From Felis catus (taxonomy: Eukaryota): a stretch of 64,000 nt of DNA. The stretch covers positions 160,272,001 to 160,336,000 of the forward strand of contig NC_058368.1 of assembly GCF_018350175.1 (NCBI RefSeq). The letters are read 5' to 3'. This document shows, one piece after another, positions 13,602 through 26,131 of this stretch. Under the pieces are notes generated by a model. That model did no database searches. It saw only the letters and a list, made by a program, of their open reading frames with translations, and had not been told where the DNA came from. The position numbers and the translations under genes are program-made. The first letter of the stretch is position 1; every line of letters starts with the position of its first letter.

Positions 13602-14862
13602 TCTTAAGTGAAACTATCTTGGCTGTAACTGTATAAAATGGTTAAGAGAATCATGACTCTTAGTTACCTCCAATTTGCAGTATTCTTGCTGCGTATCTAT
13701 TTTATATAGCTCAAAATGAAAATTTATACACATTTGGTCAGTTCAGAAAACTGTAGAGAAAAAATTATAGTTCCAAAAAATTACAGTCTCAGGTTACCTC
13801 CAGAGATAGTGATTGCATAGCTGTTTTATGTAATACAAAGGTAAAAAAAAGTGATTGCAAAATGTAGTATACTGTCCTATTAGCATCGTTATTTCCTAAT
13901 TGCTTTCATACTTTGTCATTTACCTTTTTATACCTTTTTATTTTTTTTGTTAACATGGCTTGTTCAAATCCTAATGTGAAAAAATTTACAATTATTTTTA
14001 CCCACCCTATCAGTGCTGTTTGTTGTTAGTTTTTTAAATAGAAATTGATAAAGATTACTTCATATCTAGGTTGATCAGGCAACAGAAGTAAATGTTTCAA
14101 TCCAGGCTATGGCAGATGAACAAATAAAGGATGAATGATAGTAGGTGACTTTCCCAGGGATGCACAGTGAGGAAATAGCAGTGTCTGGATGAAGAAACAT
14201 TGTTCCATGTATATTTCTGATAGCCCTATTTGAAAATGAAAGGAGTAAAATAGAATAAAATGTTCCTGTTTTTGGCCTCTTTGGTGTTGGGATGTATTTT
14301 TATCAGTACATAATTAAGGTTAATGACTGTATCAAGGAGAGGTTATCATAGAACAACAAGAAAATATGTTGGCTAAAGGAAACATAGCAAAACAGGTTTT
14401 CTAATGAATGGGAAACAAAGTCGTGATGGAGCAAGACTCACCACCGTATTGTATGATGATAACGACTCACTTAAATAAGGTAAGATATTCCTCGTTTGGA
14501 TTCTTTAATAGTCTGTGCACATCTTCACCAGTAAGATATTAAGAAGGAAAAGAGATTTAGAAATGTAGCCTTACAATATCATTATTAATGACCGGTGAAG
14601 AATAGATAATAAAAACGTAGGGAATTTAAATGAGTTTAGTCACTTGAGGATGTCTACAAGTATTTTATGAAACAGAAATAACATAAAGCTGGTTGGGAAC
14701 TTTTCTTTCAGCTTTTTTTTCTTTTTTTCTTTTTTTCTTCTTTATTTCTTGAAACAGAAAGTTAAAAGCCTATAGGAGATAACTTCTGTTTTATCAAAGA
14801 AAAAACCCTGAGACATTCTCCCCACTTTTTCCCTTTTCTTTCTTGCCTCTGATCTTTTGCAG

Positions 14863-15212
14863 AGTTTGTAAAAGCTATCTAAATCCACTTTCAGATCTAC
14901 CACTAATGGGTGCCCTTGTTGGCTGCCTTAGTAGTGAGGCCAAAGATTAAGTGGTTGTGGAGACTACACTCCTGTCCTGTTCTGAGCATTGCTCGTGGGT
15001 CGAGGCTGAATTATATTGACAGGATAAAGTTGTCAAGACAATCACAGCTTTCAAAACTGCCAGCAAAGTCCCAATTGCTTCATGAACCATTACAGTATTT
15101 GAACTACTATGAACCAAATTCAAAGAATGGAAATGGGAAAATGTGCTCTGAGAGAAGTTGCCAACAGTGGTTTTGATCCCAGTAAGCAAAAGAAAAGAGT
15201 TCCTGATGATGG
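14863..15212 (+). other. Candidate exon (noncoding 5' part plus ATG-initiated 34-codon frame open to a splice donor)
   Basis: Polypyrimidine tract and ttttgcag acceptor ending 14862; donor GG|gtaagt at 15213; ATG at 15109 opens MNQIQRMEMGKCALREVANSGFDPSKQKKRVPDD(G); no repeat recognised. No homologue recognised. Confidence 0.3.
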
Positions 15213-15420
15213 GTAAGTAAGAATGAGGAGACAGGTACGGAATCAGTGTACATTCCCTTTTAGGGAGAGGTCCTGAAAGAATGAAGGATACAGACTTCAG
15301 TGACAGTTCACAGACATAGGCAAGGCTTCCCAGAACAGGCAATACATCTTAAAACAGGGCTTAACCGGGACCAAAAAAGTCCAAAAGAAAATGATATATA
15401 AAGAGCTATTTAAAACACAT

Positions 15421-15507
15421 TCTCTCTCTCCCTCTCTCTCTGCTCTGTCCTCTCTCTCCCCCCCCCCTCAAAATAAATAAATAAGCTTAAAAACAAACAA
15501 ACAAAAA
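15421..15507 (+). mobile_element. Can-SINE 3' fragment ((CT)n plus A-rich tail)
   Basis: (CT)n, caaaataaataaataagcttaaaaa tail; flanked by aaaacacat / aaaatacat. Confidence 0.75.
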
Positions 15508-16070
15508 TACATGTACTTAAAACTCCCTCTCTCCATTATTAGCTGGTAGTATGTTTAGGTCAAACAGGTATGAATAGCCAACACTTTGTTTTCATTTCTG
15601 GGTGGTTAGATCAGCATTTCTCTGTTAAAGTAACATGTCTCCAATCTTAGGGTCAGTTTGAGTACCTTAGGGGCTGGTGTTAAAAATGGAAAGGTACGAA
15701 TATATGTTTCCTGTGTATGACATAAATATATAACCAATTTAATATTTTTATTTTTGCTATCAGGCAGTGAGAATTCCATTACATGAAAAGAAAAAATCTT
15801 GGACAAAATAGTACAAAATGTTTCTTTTTAGAATTTTGGTCACTATCAGGAGGAACAGATTTGGCTCAGATTATCTTTTGGAAAAGTTATTTAGAATCAC
15901 AATTGTGATACATAAAATTTTCCAATACTTGGTTAGCTAGTAGTCTCTGATTTAACTTCTGAAAGTAGTAATAACTGCTAAAACTGTGGTAATGTATTTA
16001 ATAACAGTTAACCATCAAAAATATTTGTTGTATAAATAAGTGTTACAGCCATTAAAAAAAAACTCATTAA

Positions 16071-16235
16071 AGAGCATCTGGGTGACTTAGTTAAGTGTCT
16101 GATTCTTGATTTCACCTCAGGTCATGATCTCACGGTTCATAAATTTGAGTCCCGTGTCAAGCTCTGTGTTAATCACGCAGAACCTGCTTGGGATTCTCTC
16201 TTTTCCTCTCATGTTTCCCACCCCCTCCAATCATG
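16071..16235 (+). mobile_element. Older Can-SINE lacking a clear tail
   Basis: gcatctgggtgacttagttaagtgtctgattcttgatttcacctcaggtcatgatctc head region. Confidence 0.85.
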
Positions 16236-16318
16236 CTTCTCAGACTGATGACTTTATTGCAGAACTAATTGTGTATCAGGCTTCTGTTTTCAGTATCTGT
16301 TCTATTCTCTGCACTTTA

Positions 16319-16538
16319 TTTTTTTTTAATTTTTTTAACATTTATTTATTTTTGAGACAGAGAGAGAGAAAGCATGAACAGGGGAGGGTCAGAGGAAGAG
16401 GGAGACATAGAATCTGAAACAGGCTCCAGGCTCTGAGCTGTCAGCACAGAGCCTGAGCAGGGCTTGAACCCACAGACCGCGAGATCATGACCTGAGCCGA
16501 AGTCTGACGCTTAACCGACTGAGCCACGTAGGCGCCCC
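16319..16538 (-). mobile_element. Can-SINE
   Basis: Complete element ending ggcgcccc; TSD ttctctgcacttta at 16305-16318 and 16541-16554. Confidence 0.97.
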
Positions 16539-16639
16539 TCTTCTCTGCACTTTAAAGGTAGATTCGGGTAGTCATAAAGAAAAGGCAGAAGTTAAGGTTT
16601 CACTTGTTTTGTAACTACTTATTGTACTCTGTTATTCTA

Positions 16640-17090
16640 ATAACTTGCTTGTTTTAATCATAAATCTGCATTTTATTGGTGTGCTCCATTGGATGGGCCC
16701 TTAAATTTAACAGTTCATTTTTTTTTTTTTTTGAACAATGAATAGTTGTTTTGTCAAAGTTTCTAAGGTTCAGAAATCCATGTGAGTTTAGTTGGATACC
16801 TCTGAGTCTGTCACAAGGTTGAAATCAAGGTGTCAGTTGAGGCTGTAGGCAGCGTAAGGGTCAATTGGAGAGAATTCACTTCCAAGTTCAGTCATGTAAC
16901 AGTTTACAGGCATCAGGTCCTTGTTGCTAGTGACTGGAGATACTACTTCTTTGTAACACGGGCTTCTCCATTGGGCTATTTACAACGTGGCAGCTTGTTT
17001 CCCCAGAGTGAGGTCTCTAGTGATAGGGGTGAACAAGATGGAACTCAGTGTTTTTTGTAACCTAATCTTGGAAGTGGCATCGCACTATTT
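16640..17090 (-). mobile_element. MLT1 (MaLR) LTR, old subfamily
   Basis: tcacaaggttgaaatcaaggtgtcag...cacttccaagttca...gtggcagcttgtttccccagagtgag...taacctaatcttggaagtg matches MLT1-type text. Confidence 0.7.
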
Positions 17091-17109
17091 TTTCTTTTTG
17101 ATTTCAACA

Positions 17110-17640
17110 CAACCTTTTTATTTTGGAATAATATGTTAGAAAAGTTATGAAGGAAATTCCAAATTCTCCTATATTCCTCTGCTAGTTTCTCCTAATGTTA
17201 GCATATTATGTTACCATGGTGTATTTTTCAAAAGTAAAAAGACAATATTGGAACAATATGTTTAACCTGGAGACCCTATTCATATTATACCATCCAGGAC
17301 ACTGAGGGTTTTAGAATTCCATCCAGGACACTGTATTACATATAGTTGTTAAGTCTCCTATCTCCTTTGGTCTGTGATGGTTTCTATATCTTTATTTTTG
17401 ATGACTTTTAGAGTTTCTTGGACTACTTATATGTAGTCCTCAATTTGGGTTTGTCTGGTGTTTTTTTTTTTTCCATCAATAGACCAAGATTATGTGTTTT
17501 AGGGAAAAATATAGTAGAACTGAACTATCCTTTGCATTCTATTATAGCAGGGTTATAGGATACCATGTGACAGATCACGCGTGATGTTAACCTTGATAGC
17601 TTTTAAAACAGGAAATTTAGAAAAAAAATCTTTTCCCTTC
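17110..17640 (-). mobile_element. Old L1M (L1MC-like) 3' fragment
   Basis: gtttctcctaatgttagcatattatgttaccatggt...cctcaatttgggtttgtctgg...gatgttaaccttgat recall the L1MC 3'UTR. Confidence 0.65.
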
Positions 17641-17661
17641 CATTTATCAATTGTAAGTCTT

Positions 17662-17875
17662 CCTTTTTTTTTATGTTTATTTATTTTGAGAGAAAGAGAG
17701 AGAGAGACCAAGCATGGGAGGGGCAGAGAGAGAGAGGGGGAGAGAGAATCCCAAGCAGGCTTTGTGCTGTCAGTGCAGAGCCCAACACAAGTCTCAGTAT
17801 CACAAACCATGAGATTATGACCTGAACCGATATCAACAGCCAGACACTTAACCAACTGAGCCACCCAGGTGCCCC
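17662..17875 (-). mobile_element. Can-SINE
   Basis: T-tail, (GA)n, end caggtgcccc; flanks ttgtaagtcttc / ttataagtcttc. Confidence 0.95.
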
Positions 17876-18259
17876 TTAAGTTATAAGTCTTCTATTCTAT
17901 GTATCTGAAGCTTTCTGCTACTAGGATTTGCTACAAATGGAATAAGAAGAATATTACCAAGAAAATACCCAATTTCTGGCACGTTAAATAGGATACTAGG
18001 ATTTTTTTTTTCCAAACTTATAAACCGCAAATTAAAATATTACTTAATTTAGATAATTCATATAAGTTTTGATTAAAATCAGAAGGTATTATTCAAGGGA
18101 ATATGGTTTTCTATTCTTGGAGAATGGCATGGGGAATTGAGATATATCTGTCCCTCCATTTCCTCTTCTTGCCTTCGGCCCAGGATTGTGGGTATGTGTG
18201 TGTATGTGCATGCATGTGCTTGCACATGCTGGTATTTATGCATGCTAGAAGAGCTGCAA

Positions 18260-18960
18260 TGAATGGTAAAGTCAGGAATCTCTTATTTGAGACTCCAGTC
18301 AGAGGCAACCTTATAGACGTAGTTACAGTCACATTAAAGTAAACCCAGTTATGCAACATGGTCAGAGAAAAAGAGGCCTGGCGGTTGTATTTTCACTGCT
18401 GTCCTCAGTTTCTGCATAGCATGGATGATTGAGTCAAGCCCTGGTGGCTAAGTCATGGTGGCAGTAGAGGTCAGAGTGGGCTCTCAGGCTAGAGGACTGA
18501 ATGGAGGACAGACAGGAGAGGTCAGGCCCGGATGAGTTAGTCAGAGAACACTATCAGGCTATGACCAAGATGGGAGAGTTATTCTCCTACCTGCCAATTT
18601 AAATGAAGATTGCTAGCAAGTCTGGTCACCATGGACACAAGGTCTACCAACCATCATGTGCCCCAAGACTAGTACAAGGTCAGGCAAATTCTAACCTCAA
18701 ACTTCAGGGGGATGTTTTGGCCACTTAACTCCCTATTTCCCTGATATGTCTGGACATAATTTGAGGAAATGAACAGAAACAGTAGGTGGTTGTGGAAGAC
18801 TGAGCATTTCATGTAGGGATACCATTTAAAGTATCAGTAAGGCCTGACCTTTAATTATACAAACAGTTTTACACAAATGCAGAACATAAACATTTTCTGT
18901 ATATCTAAACTGAAATTTGGGCTCAGTGTTATGATTCTGATGTGCCTTTTTCATATCATA
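18260..18960 (+). mobile_element. Possible ancient Gypsy-like LTR
   Basis: GC-richer block with gactgagcattt...ttaaagtatcagt...aaacattttctgt, reminiscent of MamGyp LTRs; weak. Confidence 0.25.
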
Positions 18961-19284
18961 AATCTCAGGCAACTGACTAGGCTACCAGCAATTCCCTTTG
19001 GATTGAAAAGCCATTTGATTTCTCCTCAGTGTGAGTCCCAATTCTGATGGCTGGAAAATTCTGATTTTTCCATTTTTGAGGGATGCTGAACTATTAACCT
19101 TCCTAATTCCATGTTGTCCCCTGAAATACAAGTCTCTAGATGTTGTCCTCACCTAACTGGTCTGAGAAAGAAGATAAAAGAGGGCAGAATGGCTTAATGG
19201 GTAAGATTCCTACATTCCTTCAGTAAATATAACTTCCATTTTTCTAGAATTGAGACCATGATTTTACAAGGATGTAGGAAAGCA

Positions 19285-19760
19285 TGGTAGGCTAAATAAT
19301 GGAACCTCAAAAATGTTCATAAGCCTAATTTGTAGCACCTATGGCTTTATTATCTTGGGGACTTTGCCATTGTGATTAAGATTTTGAGATGGGAGATTAT
19401 CCTGGATTATCAGGATGGGCCCAATGTAATTGCACAGATCCTTTAAGAAGGGAGGTAGAAGGATTAAAATTTGAGACAATATACAAAGATGGAAGCAAAA
19501 GTCAGAGAAGATAGAATATGCTACATTGCTGACTTTGAATATGGCCTGAGCCAAGAATGCAGGAGGCTCTAGAAATGGGAAAATAAAAGGAAAGTGATCT
19601 TTCCTTAGAACTTCCAGAAGGAACCAGCTCTGCTGACCCCTTCACTTTGACCCACTGAAACTGATTTGGGACTTCTAATCTTCAGAAGTATAAAATAGTC
19701 TATATTGCTTTAAACTGCTATGTTTATGGTTGGTTATATTAGCAGTAAGAAACCAGTACT
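19285..19760 (+). mobile_element. MLT1D-like MaLR solo LTR
   Basis: tggtaggctaaataatgg start; gattttgagatgggagattatcctggattatcaggatgggcccaatgtaat; ccagaaggaaccagctctgctgac; end gcagtaagaaaccagtac. Confidence 0.9.
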
Positions 19761-20698
19761 GAAGACAGCTAGGCTATATTCCTTTTTTTTAAGGAGAGAG
19801 AGAATCTATAAGGAATGATTACACTTACACTCATGCTCTGCACCTCTCAGAGCCAACAGTAATACAATGAGAAGAAACTAAGCTCTCCATTTAGGAGTTT
19901 GAGCTTCAGTGATTATGATGATAATCCTTTCCAGGCCTTGTTGGGACCTGTGTTTCTAAAGATCTTGGACATAAGAAGGTAGGTTCGTGAAAATTCCCAT
20001 AGCTTATTCACTCAAAAACTTGGACTTCTGCTTTCTTTTCACTATTTTCCTAATTTTTTTTTTAAATCTGAAAACGTTGATAATTATCATGGAGTTATTG
20101 ATACACCTTTGAAGATAATTCCAAACAAAATGACCCAGTAGCTGCCTATATTTTATGAGCATATTATTTTTTTTATTAAACGTAAATACAGCCCAGAAAT
20201 AAAGATTGGAAATTTAATGCTAGCCATGTTTCTGCTAATAAAAGTGACTTAATATTTGCTAATAAGAAGTATTCAACTTAGGCACAGCAAATGGATTTAG
20301 AAAGAATTTTGGAATAGAACGTTCTGTGTGAGATAGCCAAGCCCCTTCATCTCTTTAATCTTCCTTAGCCTACTTTTATCTTCTATAAGGAGAAGAATAA
20401 AGTGACCTCTGAGGTTCCTAAGAGCTCTGAAAATTGTTGATTTATGCTAATAGTTATTGCCAAATCTGTTAAAGGAAAATGCTATCAAGAAAGTAAGAAA
20501 AATTGGAATGCAAAAGCCCTTCAGCTCTAATGAAGTCAGGTGGCACTATTAAGACACTGATAGAAGCTTAGAAAAGACTTTTAATGCTTCAAGATATCCT
20601 CTCTACCCTTGCAAAGTTCAATTTCAATCATTTGCATATTTATGTATTAGATCACAATCTTCTCAGGAGATTCCTGAGTGTAATCTGAAACTGGCCTC

Positions 20699-21041
20699 TG
20701 TAAACAGAGAGCAGAGAGAGATTGAAGGAAGAGGCAGATACTTGAGATTGGTAGGTGGCTGTTTTAACAAACAAAGGGACTTATATGGCTTGTCTTGGGT
20801 GGCCGCCAAGACAAGTGTATCTTGACAGTTTATATAGAAGCCTATCCTGGGTTCAGATGGTCTCAACAACATGTTGCTCTCTGAAGGCTGTGTCTTTGAA
20901 AAGCAGCTCCCACTGTGGCTGTGGTGGCAAAAGGGTACATCCCCAGCACATGGAAGGGAGTGAGGAGCCTCCAATTGCCCAGGCCCAAGTCTTGGGTCAA
21001 GTGGCAGTCACATCGTTTCAACTACTACCTCCAGTAATGCA
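20699..21041 (-). mobile_element. Probable ERV solo LTR
   Basis: TG...CA bounded GC-richer block; gagattggtaggtggctgttttaacaaacaaagggactt reads like an LTR poly-A region in reverse; family not identified. Confidence 0.35.
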
Positions 21042-22308
21042 GTGACACTTGATCCTAACCATCCACAAGGCTCTGTGCCAAGGCAGTCAGTCAATGGTCT
21101 GGTTGATGGTCTTTGTCTTTTTAAAATTGATCCAGTAAATTTATTCTGAATCATTTTCACCATCTGCTCTATAATTGTGGGTTGGGGGAAGGACAATAGA
21201 CAGCTCATAGTTTTAGGATGGAAATTCCACTTAGAAGTGTGACTGTGGTCACATTTGCAAAAGCCATGAAAACAAATGCCACAGTGGTCAGAGAGCTCAG
21301 GTACTCACAGTTAAAATGACCACATTCTAGAATACTAATCACTCATCTACTTTTTCTCCATGCTTGATGGCAGTATTCTTAAACCTACGTGAAATGGCAA
21401 TAACGTAGCACATTTGCCTAGTCTTTTTACATTTCTCTAAAAACTACCATAATATCTAATTTGATCCAATATAACTGCTATACAATAAATTAAAATACCA
21501 ACAAATAGAGCCCTAGAATCTATGATTTTTTCACAAACCCAACTCCAGAATCTAATATTTTCGTACATAATGAGAAACCTAAAGTGGTTTTAGTAAAACC
21601 AAAGGAAGTGATATTGTAGCAATCATTGACCATGAAAATCGAGTGTTAATGGATACCTGGGGATCTGCATGTGTTAGCAAGGCAAAGTGGTCAGAAGGCT
21701 GAAGATTAATGTCTGTTTAAAATATTTTATGGCTTCTGTAAACTGTCAGCCACACCAAGGGATTCCGATTAGATCTTTTTACTGAGGAAAGAAAACTGAA
21801 GACTCTTAGAGTGGTTATTAAAGCACTGAGAACAATTCAAAATTAGTGCAAGGCTTTGGAGATTGACTTGGATAAAAGGGTATATGAGGGAAACTACCAG
21901 AGAAAACTGCTTCTCAGACCAAAGTTAGGGATGGGGCTTAAATAGGCAATAGCTAACAATTTTCACAAGGAATAGTTATTAGCTTGCATTTCGAATTAGT
22001 GAAGCAGAGCATAGAGTTGCCAGTTGTGGAAACTGAAGCCTGTTTAGTAGGTCGAGATAGTTAGCTACAAGTTCACCATGTTTGTTAATGCTGATTTTAA
22101 CCAATTTTACGAGAAGCTATCTCACTGGTTCCCTGATTGCTTCTCTTCCACTCTCTAGGCTTGAATTCATGTGGTGGTTATTTGCATACCTCAGCTCAGG
22201 CTTAGAGAAAATTTCCCTCATCATTTCATCAGTGACCATGATAAAAATGTGCACACTTCATATCCATCCAATACATTCTTCATGTGTTCTTTAACTCCAT
22301 ATCGAGTA

Positions 22309-23054
22309 CAGTAAAACTAGATTGTGAGTAACTTGTTCTGTTGGTGTTTCACAAGATGAGCAAATTTTCTAATAAATTTTAACTTGATAAACAAGTGATG
22401 TCTTGCAATACGAGTAGTACGTGATGCTGAACATCACATGATCACAACTGAGCCAATGGTCCTTCTCTCTCTCTCTCTCTATGTGGGATTGTGGGTGATT
22501 GTCTTCCATGCTTGGTCTCAAAGCCACAGCGTTTGGCAGAAATCAGTGATTTTTCAGAATGTTGGAAAGTGCCCACAACTGGCACTAGTGTATTTTTCAG
22601 ACTTCAAAACACCTGTGGACAGTCCTTTGCTTTTCCATATAAGAGGAAGCTTAGGAACACTTTGCTTCCTTCTATGTCATTGGATAAGTTCCTTGTTAAA
22701 ATTGCATGAAAACAAATGTTCCATTGAGTCAATAGATCGCAGTGATTCCATTAGTGATAGTGAAAGTCATCCTACACAATAACTCTCCTCTCTCTTGTCT
22801 CCCTCAAGACCAGCCAAGAAGGTGTTCAAAGGCAAGTGCAGGTTCATTTGTTTATTTTTCTTTAAATTTTAGATTTTCTTTATTATTTTATATTACAGTC
22901 TTGTAATTATTCTTATATGATTATTTTTGGCTTGTGGAACACATCACCTGAGTTTCCATTATTTCTTATGGGGAAATTAGCTTTGATATACAAGTGCTTT
23001 GGATTAAAAGCATGTTTCTGAAACAAATTATGCTTGCAAACCAAAGTTTTACTG
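22309..23054 (+). mobile_element. Non-autonomous TcMar (Tigger/pogo-like) DNA transposon
   Basis: TA dinucleotide on both sides (22307-8, 23055-6); termini cagtaaaact.../...agttttactg with longer imperfect inverted repeats; internal frame ends SMSLDKFLVKIA*, like Tigger transposase C-termini. Confidence 0.85.
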
Positions 23055-24165
23055 TATTTCCTACTCAGTTGTTCTCTAACACACAGAGCGAGCAGGCAGT
23101 CATTAACCACCAGTGTCCAGAGCCATCCTCTTCTAGGACATGCTCGATTGTGTTTCTAGGAGAGTATTACTGTAAAGACAAGGGATCAGTTTTCAATTTG
23201 AACTCCAAGAGATAGACTTTTTTTCTGCAAGAGTTCTTTAAAACCTACCAGGTAACAATCAGAAATAAATCCCAACAACAGAGCAGACTTCCTATTCCTG
23301 AAGAGATTGTCCATAGCAAGCACAGAGCCAGTGTGGTGCCACAATCTTCACGGGAAAAACACAGATCTAGTATTCAAAGGTTGTACTCTGAGTGGTTGCT
23401 AAGCCAACTAAGGCTTAATAAAATTAGTTTCAGAGGAGGAAAGGACACTCCTGTATAGAACAGGTGGGTTTGGAACAAGAGCAGTAGAGGACACTTGTAA
23501 GAGATTTCAGATGGAGTGGCATGGGGATGTCACAGTCATATTGGCTAAGGATTACTTCTACTTAACGAGGTAAGGAGGAAATACTGAGTGATATCTGAGC
23601 TTGAGATGTATCTTTTATCGTTTGTGAAGTATATAGCCCTGTATTTTTGTTTGTTGTTTAAATATAAAATCAGCATATAGTTATTATTTCAGAATATGGG
23701 TTTTGTTATTGCCCGCAAACTCTTGACGTTTCAAAAAAAAACCAGAGTTAAAGATTTTTTTCCACATACACGTTGATACTTAAAAGACATACTGGGATTT
23801 GGAGGTTTCACAGTGAATACCAAAATCAAAATTACACGTCTCAGTTTAAACAAAATCACTAAGAAGTTGTACTTTTAGGCACTGGTTTAAAGTGTATTTC
23901 TCTAGATCTGTTTCAGTTTATAGCTTGTCACCTTGAATCTTAAATAGCTTGCAATTATATTTACTGTATAAACTGTCTCATCACTTGCCCAGCCCCTTCC
24001 AGCCACTGTACTGTTAAAGCCAATGTACCATCATTTTTTCAGTCAGCTATTAAAGTCTTTTTAGTTTCTATTTAGAAATTCCCTTTTTTAAAAAAGATTT
24101 AAATTTTGTTGGTGTTTCTTCTTCTTTATCTGACAACTCTTCCTACAAAAATAGAACACTCTTAC

Positions 24166-24297
24166 CTGGTTTAGGTTGTTTATCAGAAATTGTGGGTGAA
24201 CCTTCAATGTTGGAGTGAAGGTGGGCTGGCCGTCACCAGAGCAGAGATAGGTTTAATGCAAACTGGGAATTATATCGCAATCTCTGGCAAGAGCAGC
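24166..24297 (-). other. Candidate 132-nt noncoding exon
   Basis: Minus-strand acceptor gacttttccag| and donor CAG|gtaaga; stops in all three frames. Confidence 0.2.
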
Positions 24298-24639
24298 CTG
24301 GAAAAGTCATAGTGTCAAATTTCAAGTTCACGGTGGCGGGGGGGGGGGGTTGTTGCTTGATAAAGCTGTACAAGGATGTGCCATTACACAAAACCTTTGA
24401 CTTGATCTTTTTTGTTCTCTCTTACTCGCTCTTTGCTTGGGAAACTCCTTCCATGAACTTGAAATCTGATGAGTATTCTTTGATCTGCTTATTCTAATTT
24501 TAGTAGATATATTACTTAAGAGATTAAAAAATAAATATAAAGGAATACACACAAACTAAACAAAATGATGGAGAAATAGGAAATGAAATATCATGGAACA
24601 AGTCTGGAGAAAACTTAAAAAAAATGTTTCAAGATAAAA

Positions 24640-24950
24640 CTGACCTAAACTGGAGTTATGAAAATGGAAAAGTAAAGGTGGGAACATACACAGAGAGAAT
24701 TGTGAAGTAGTAATCGGTAGAATATGGTAACTGAAGGATAAGGAGGTGGAAAGGATGATAGAAGGTCCTTACTTTAAGCTGATTAGGAAAGCGGAGAGGC
24801 AAGTGTTGGGAGGAAAAATGATGAGTTTGTTTTCTGAATATATTGAATTTGAGATGTCTGGGGATCCTCCAAGACAATGTGTTTGAGAGAAAATAGGATA
24901 TACTGGCATGGTATGCAAGTCTTGAGCAATGACTTAATAGACTAACAACA
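24640..24950 (-). mobile_element. L2 fragment
   Basis: gatgagtttgttttctgaatatattgaatttgagatgtctgggg matches the L2 antisense motif. Confidence 0.7.
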
Positions 24951-25559
24951 GCGTAATCATATCATTCACTAATTTGCTTACTGTATTCCAAACATTATGT
25001 ATCATGTACTTTCTGATCTATTTTTCTGCCTCTGTATCTATTCTTAGGTCTATTTCTCATGTGTTAGACTCTGATTCCTCTGACTCATTACCTAATTTCT
25101 TTTTATGTAGTGAGCTATCAAAATTTTTGGTCTGCAGTAGGAAACTTTTTGGTTTTCCAATGCTTTTCTCCCCCACAAATTTTTTAATTTCAGTGGGATT
25201 CTAGCAGGTAGGAGAGATAGATGTGTGCTATCATTTTGCCATGTTGAACTTGAAGTCGACTTCTGAATTGAGGTATTATTCTGCTTAGAGTTTCATCACA
25301 TTTTGAAATATTACTAAACTTTTTAGGGCAAGGAATCATCATTTCTGTCCACCAAATTATACTCTTTTACAGCCTGAAAGAGATAAAGAATGACTAATGA
25401 AACTTTAATTTCTTATTTACAGTGAAAAAAATAATTCTAAACAAAGTTTAGGGTCAGGCTTTTCTCTTTGTCTTTCCTCCTCTTGACATCTAGACACGTG
25501 GCAATAAAATATTTTTTCAAAAAGTTTGGAAAAGATATGAAAACTTCAAAAAATAATGG

Positions 25560-25950
25560 GAAATTGAAAAAAATTGGAAAGTACGAGGAATAAAATGAAA
25601 AACCATAATTCTACCACTCAGTATAATCACTGTGCACATGTGCATATATTAGTTCTACTCTTTTTTTTTGCTATGCAACAGCATACATGTATTTATTGGT
25701 TTATGTTTATATACATACACACATTCATATATTTATGAAATTATATATATCGATCCCTGTCTTTCTACAGAGTGCTGTATCATTTCTCCCATGTGTTTAA
25801 TTAACTTTAACATGTTTTTGTGGTGGCATGTATTCCAGTATATGTGTTTTATAATTTAAGCTACCACTGTTGGGCAAAAGGGTTGTTTTCAATTTTTCAC
25901 CTTTATAAATAACTCTTGCTTATAAATAAAATCTCCATGTACATTTTAGT
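25560..25950 (-). mobile_element. Old L1ME-like 3' fragment
   Basis: ccataattctaccactcagtataatcactg...gggttgttttcaatttttcacctttataaataac. Confidence 0.55.
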
Positions 25951-26131
25951 AAATAAAAATACCACACATTCCTTGAAGGTTGTGATGCCAAAATGGATGT
26001 ATCCCCCTTTGATTACCAAGGTATTTCAGTTTCTCTGGCTTGATGTAATTCCCACCTGAAGCTACATGCTTCATAGGACATTCAGAGATGAAGAAAGATG
26101 GTACTTTGACGATGGCCTTATATGTAGCTGC

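Noticed and set aside
14947..15342. 131-aa minus-strand ORF
   Set aside because: Non-ATG start, no recognisable homology, and splice signals favour the plus strand.
17290..17333. Direct repeat ccatccaggacactg x2
   Set aside because: A small duplication inside a decayed L1M; no sign of function.
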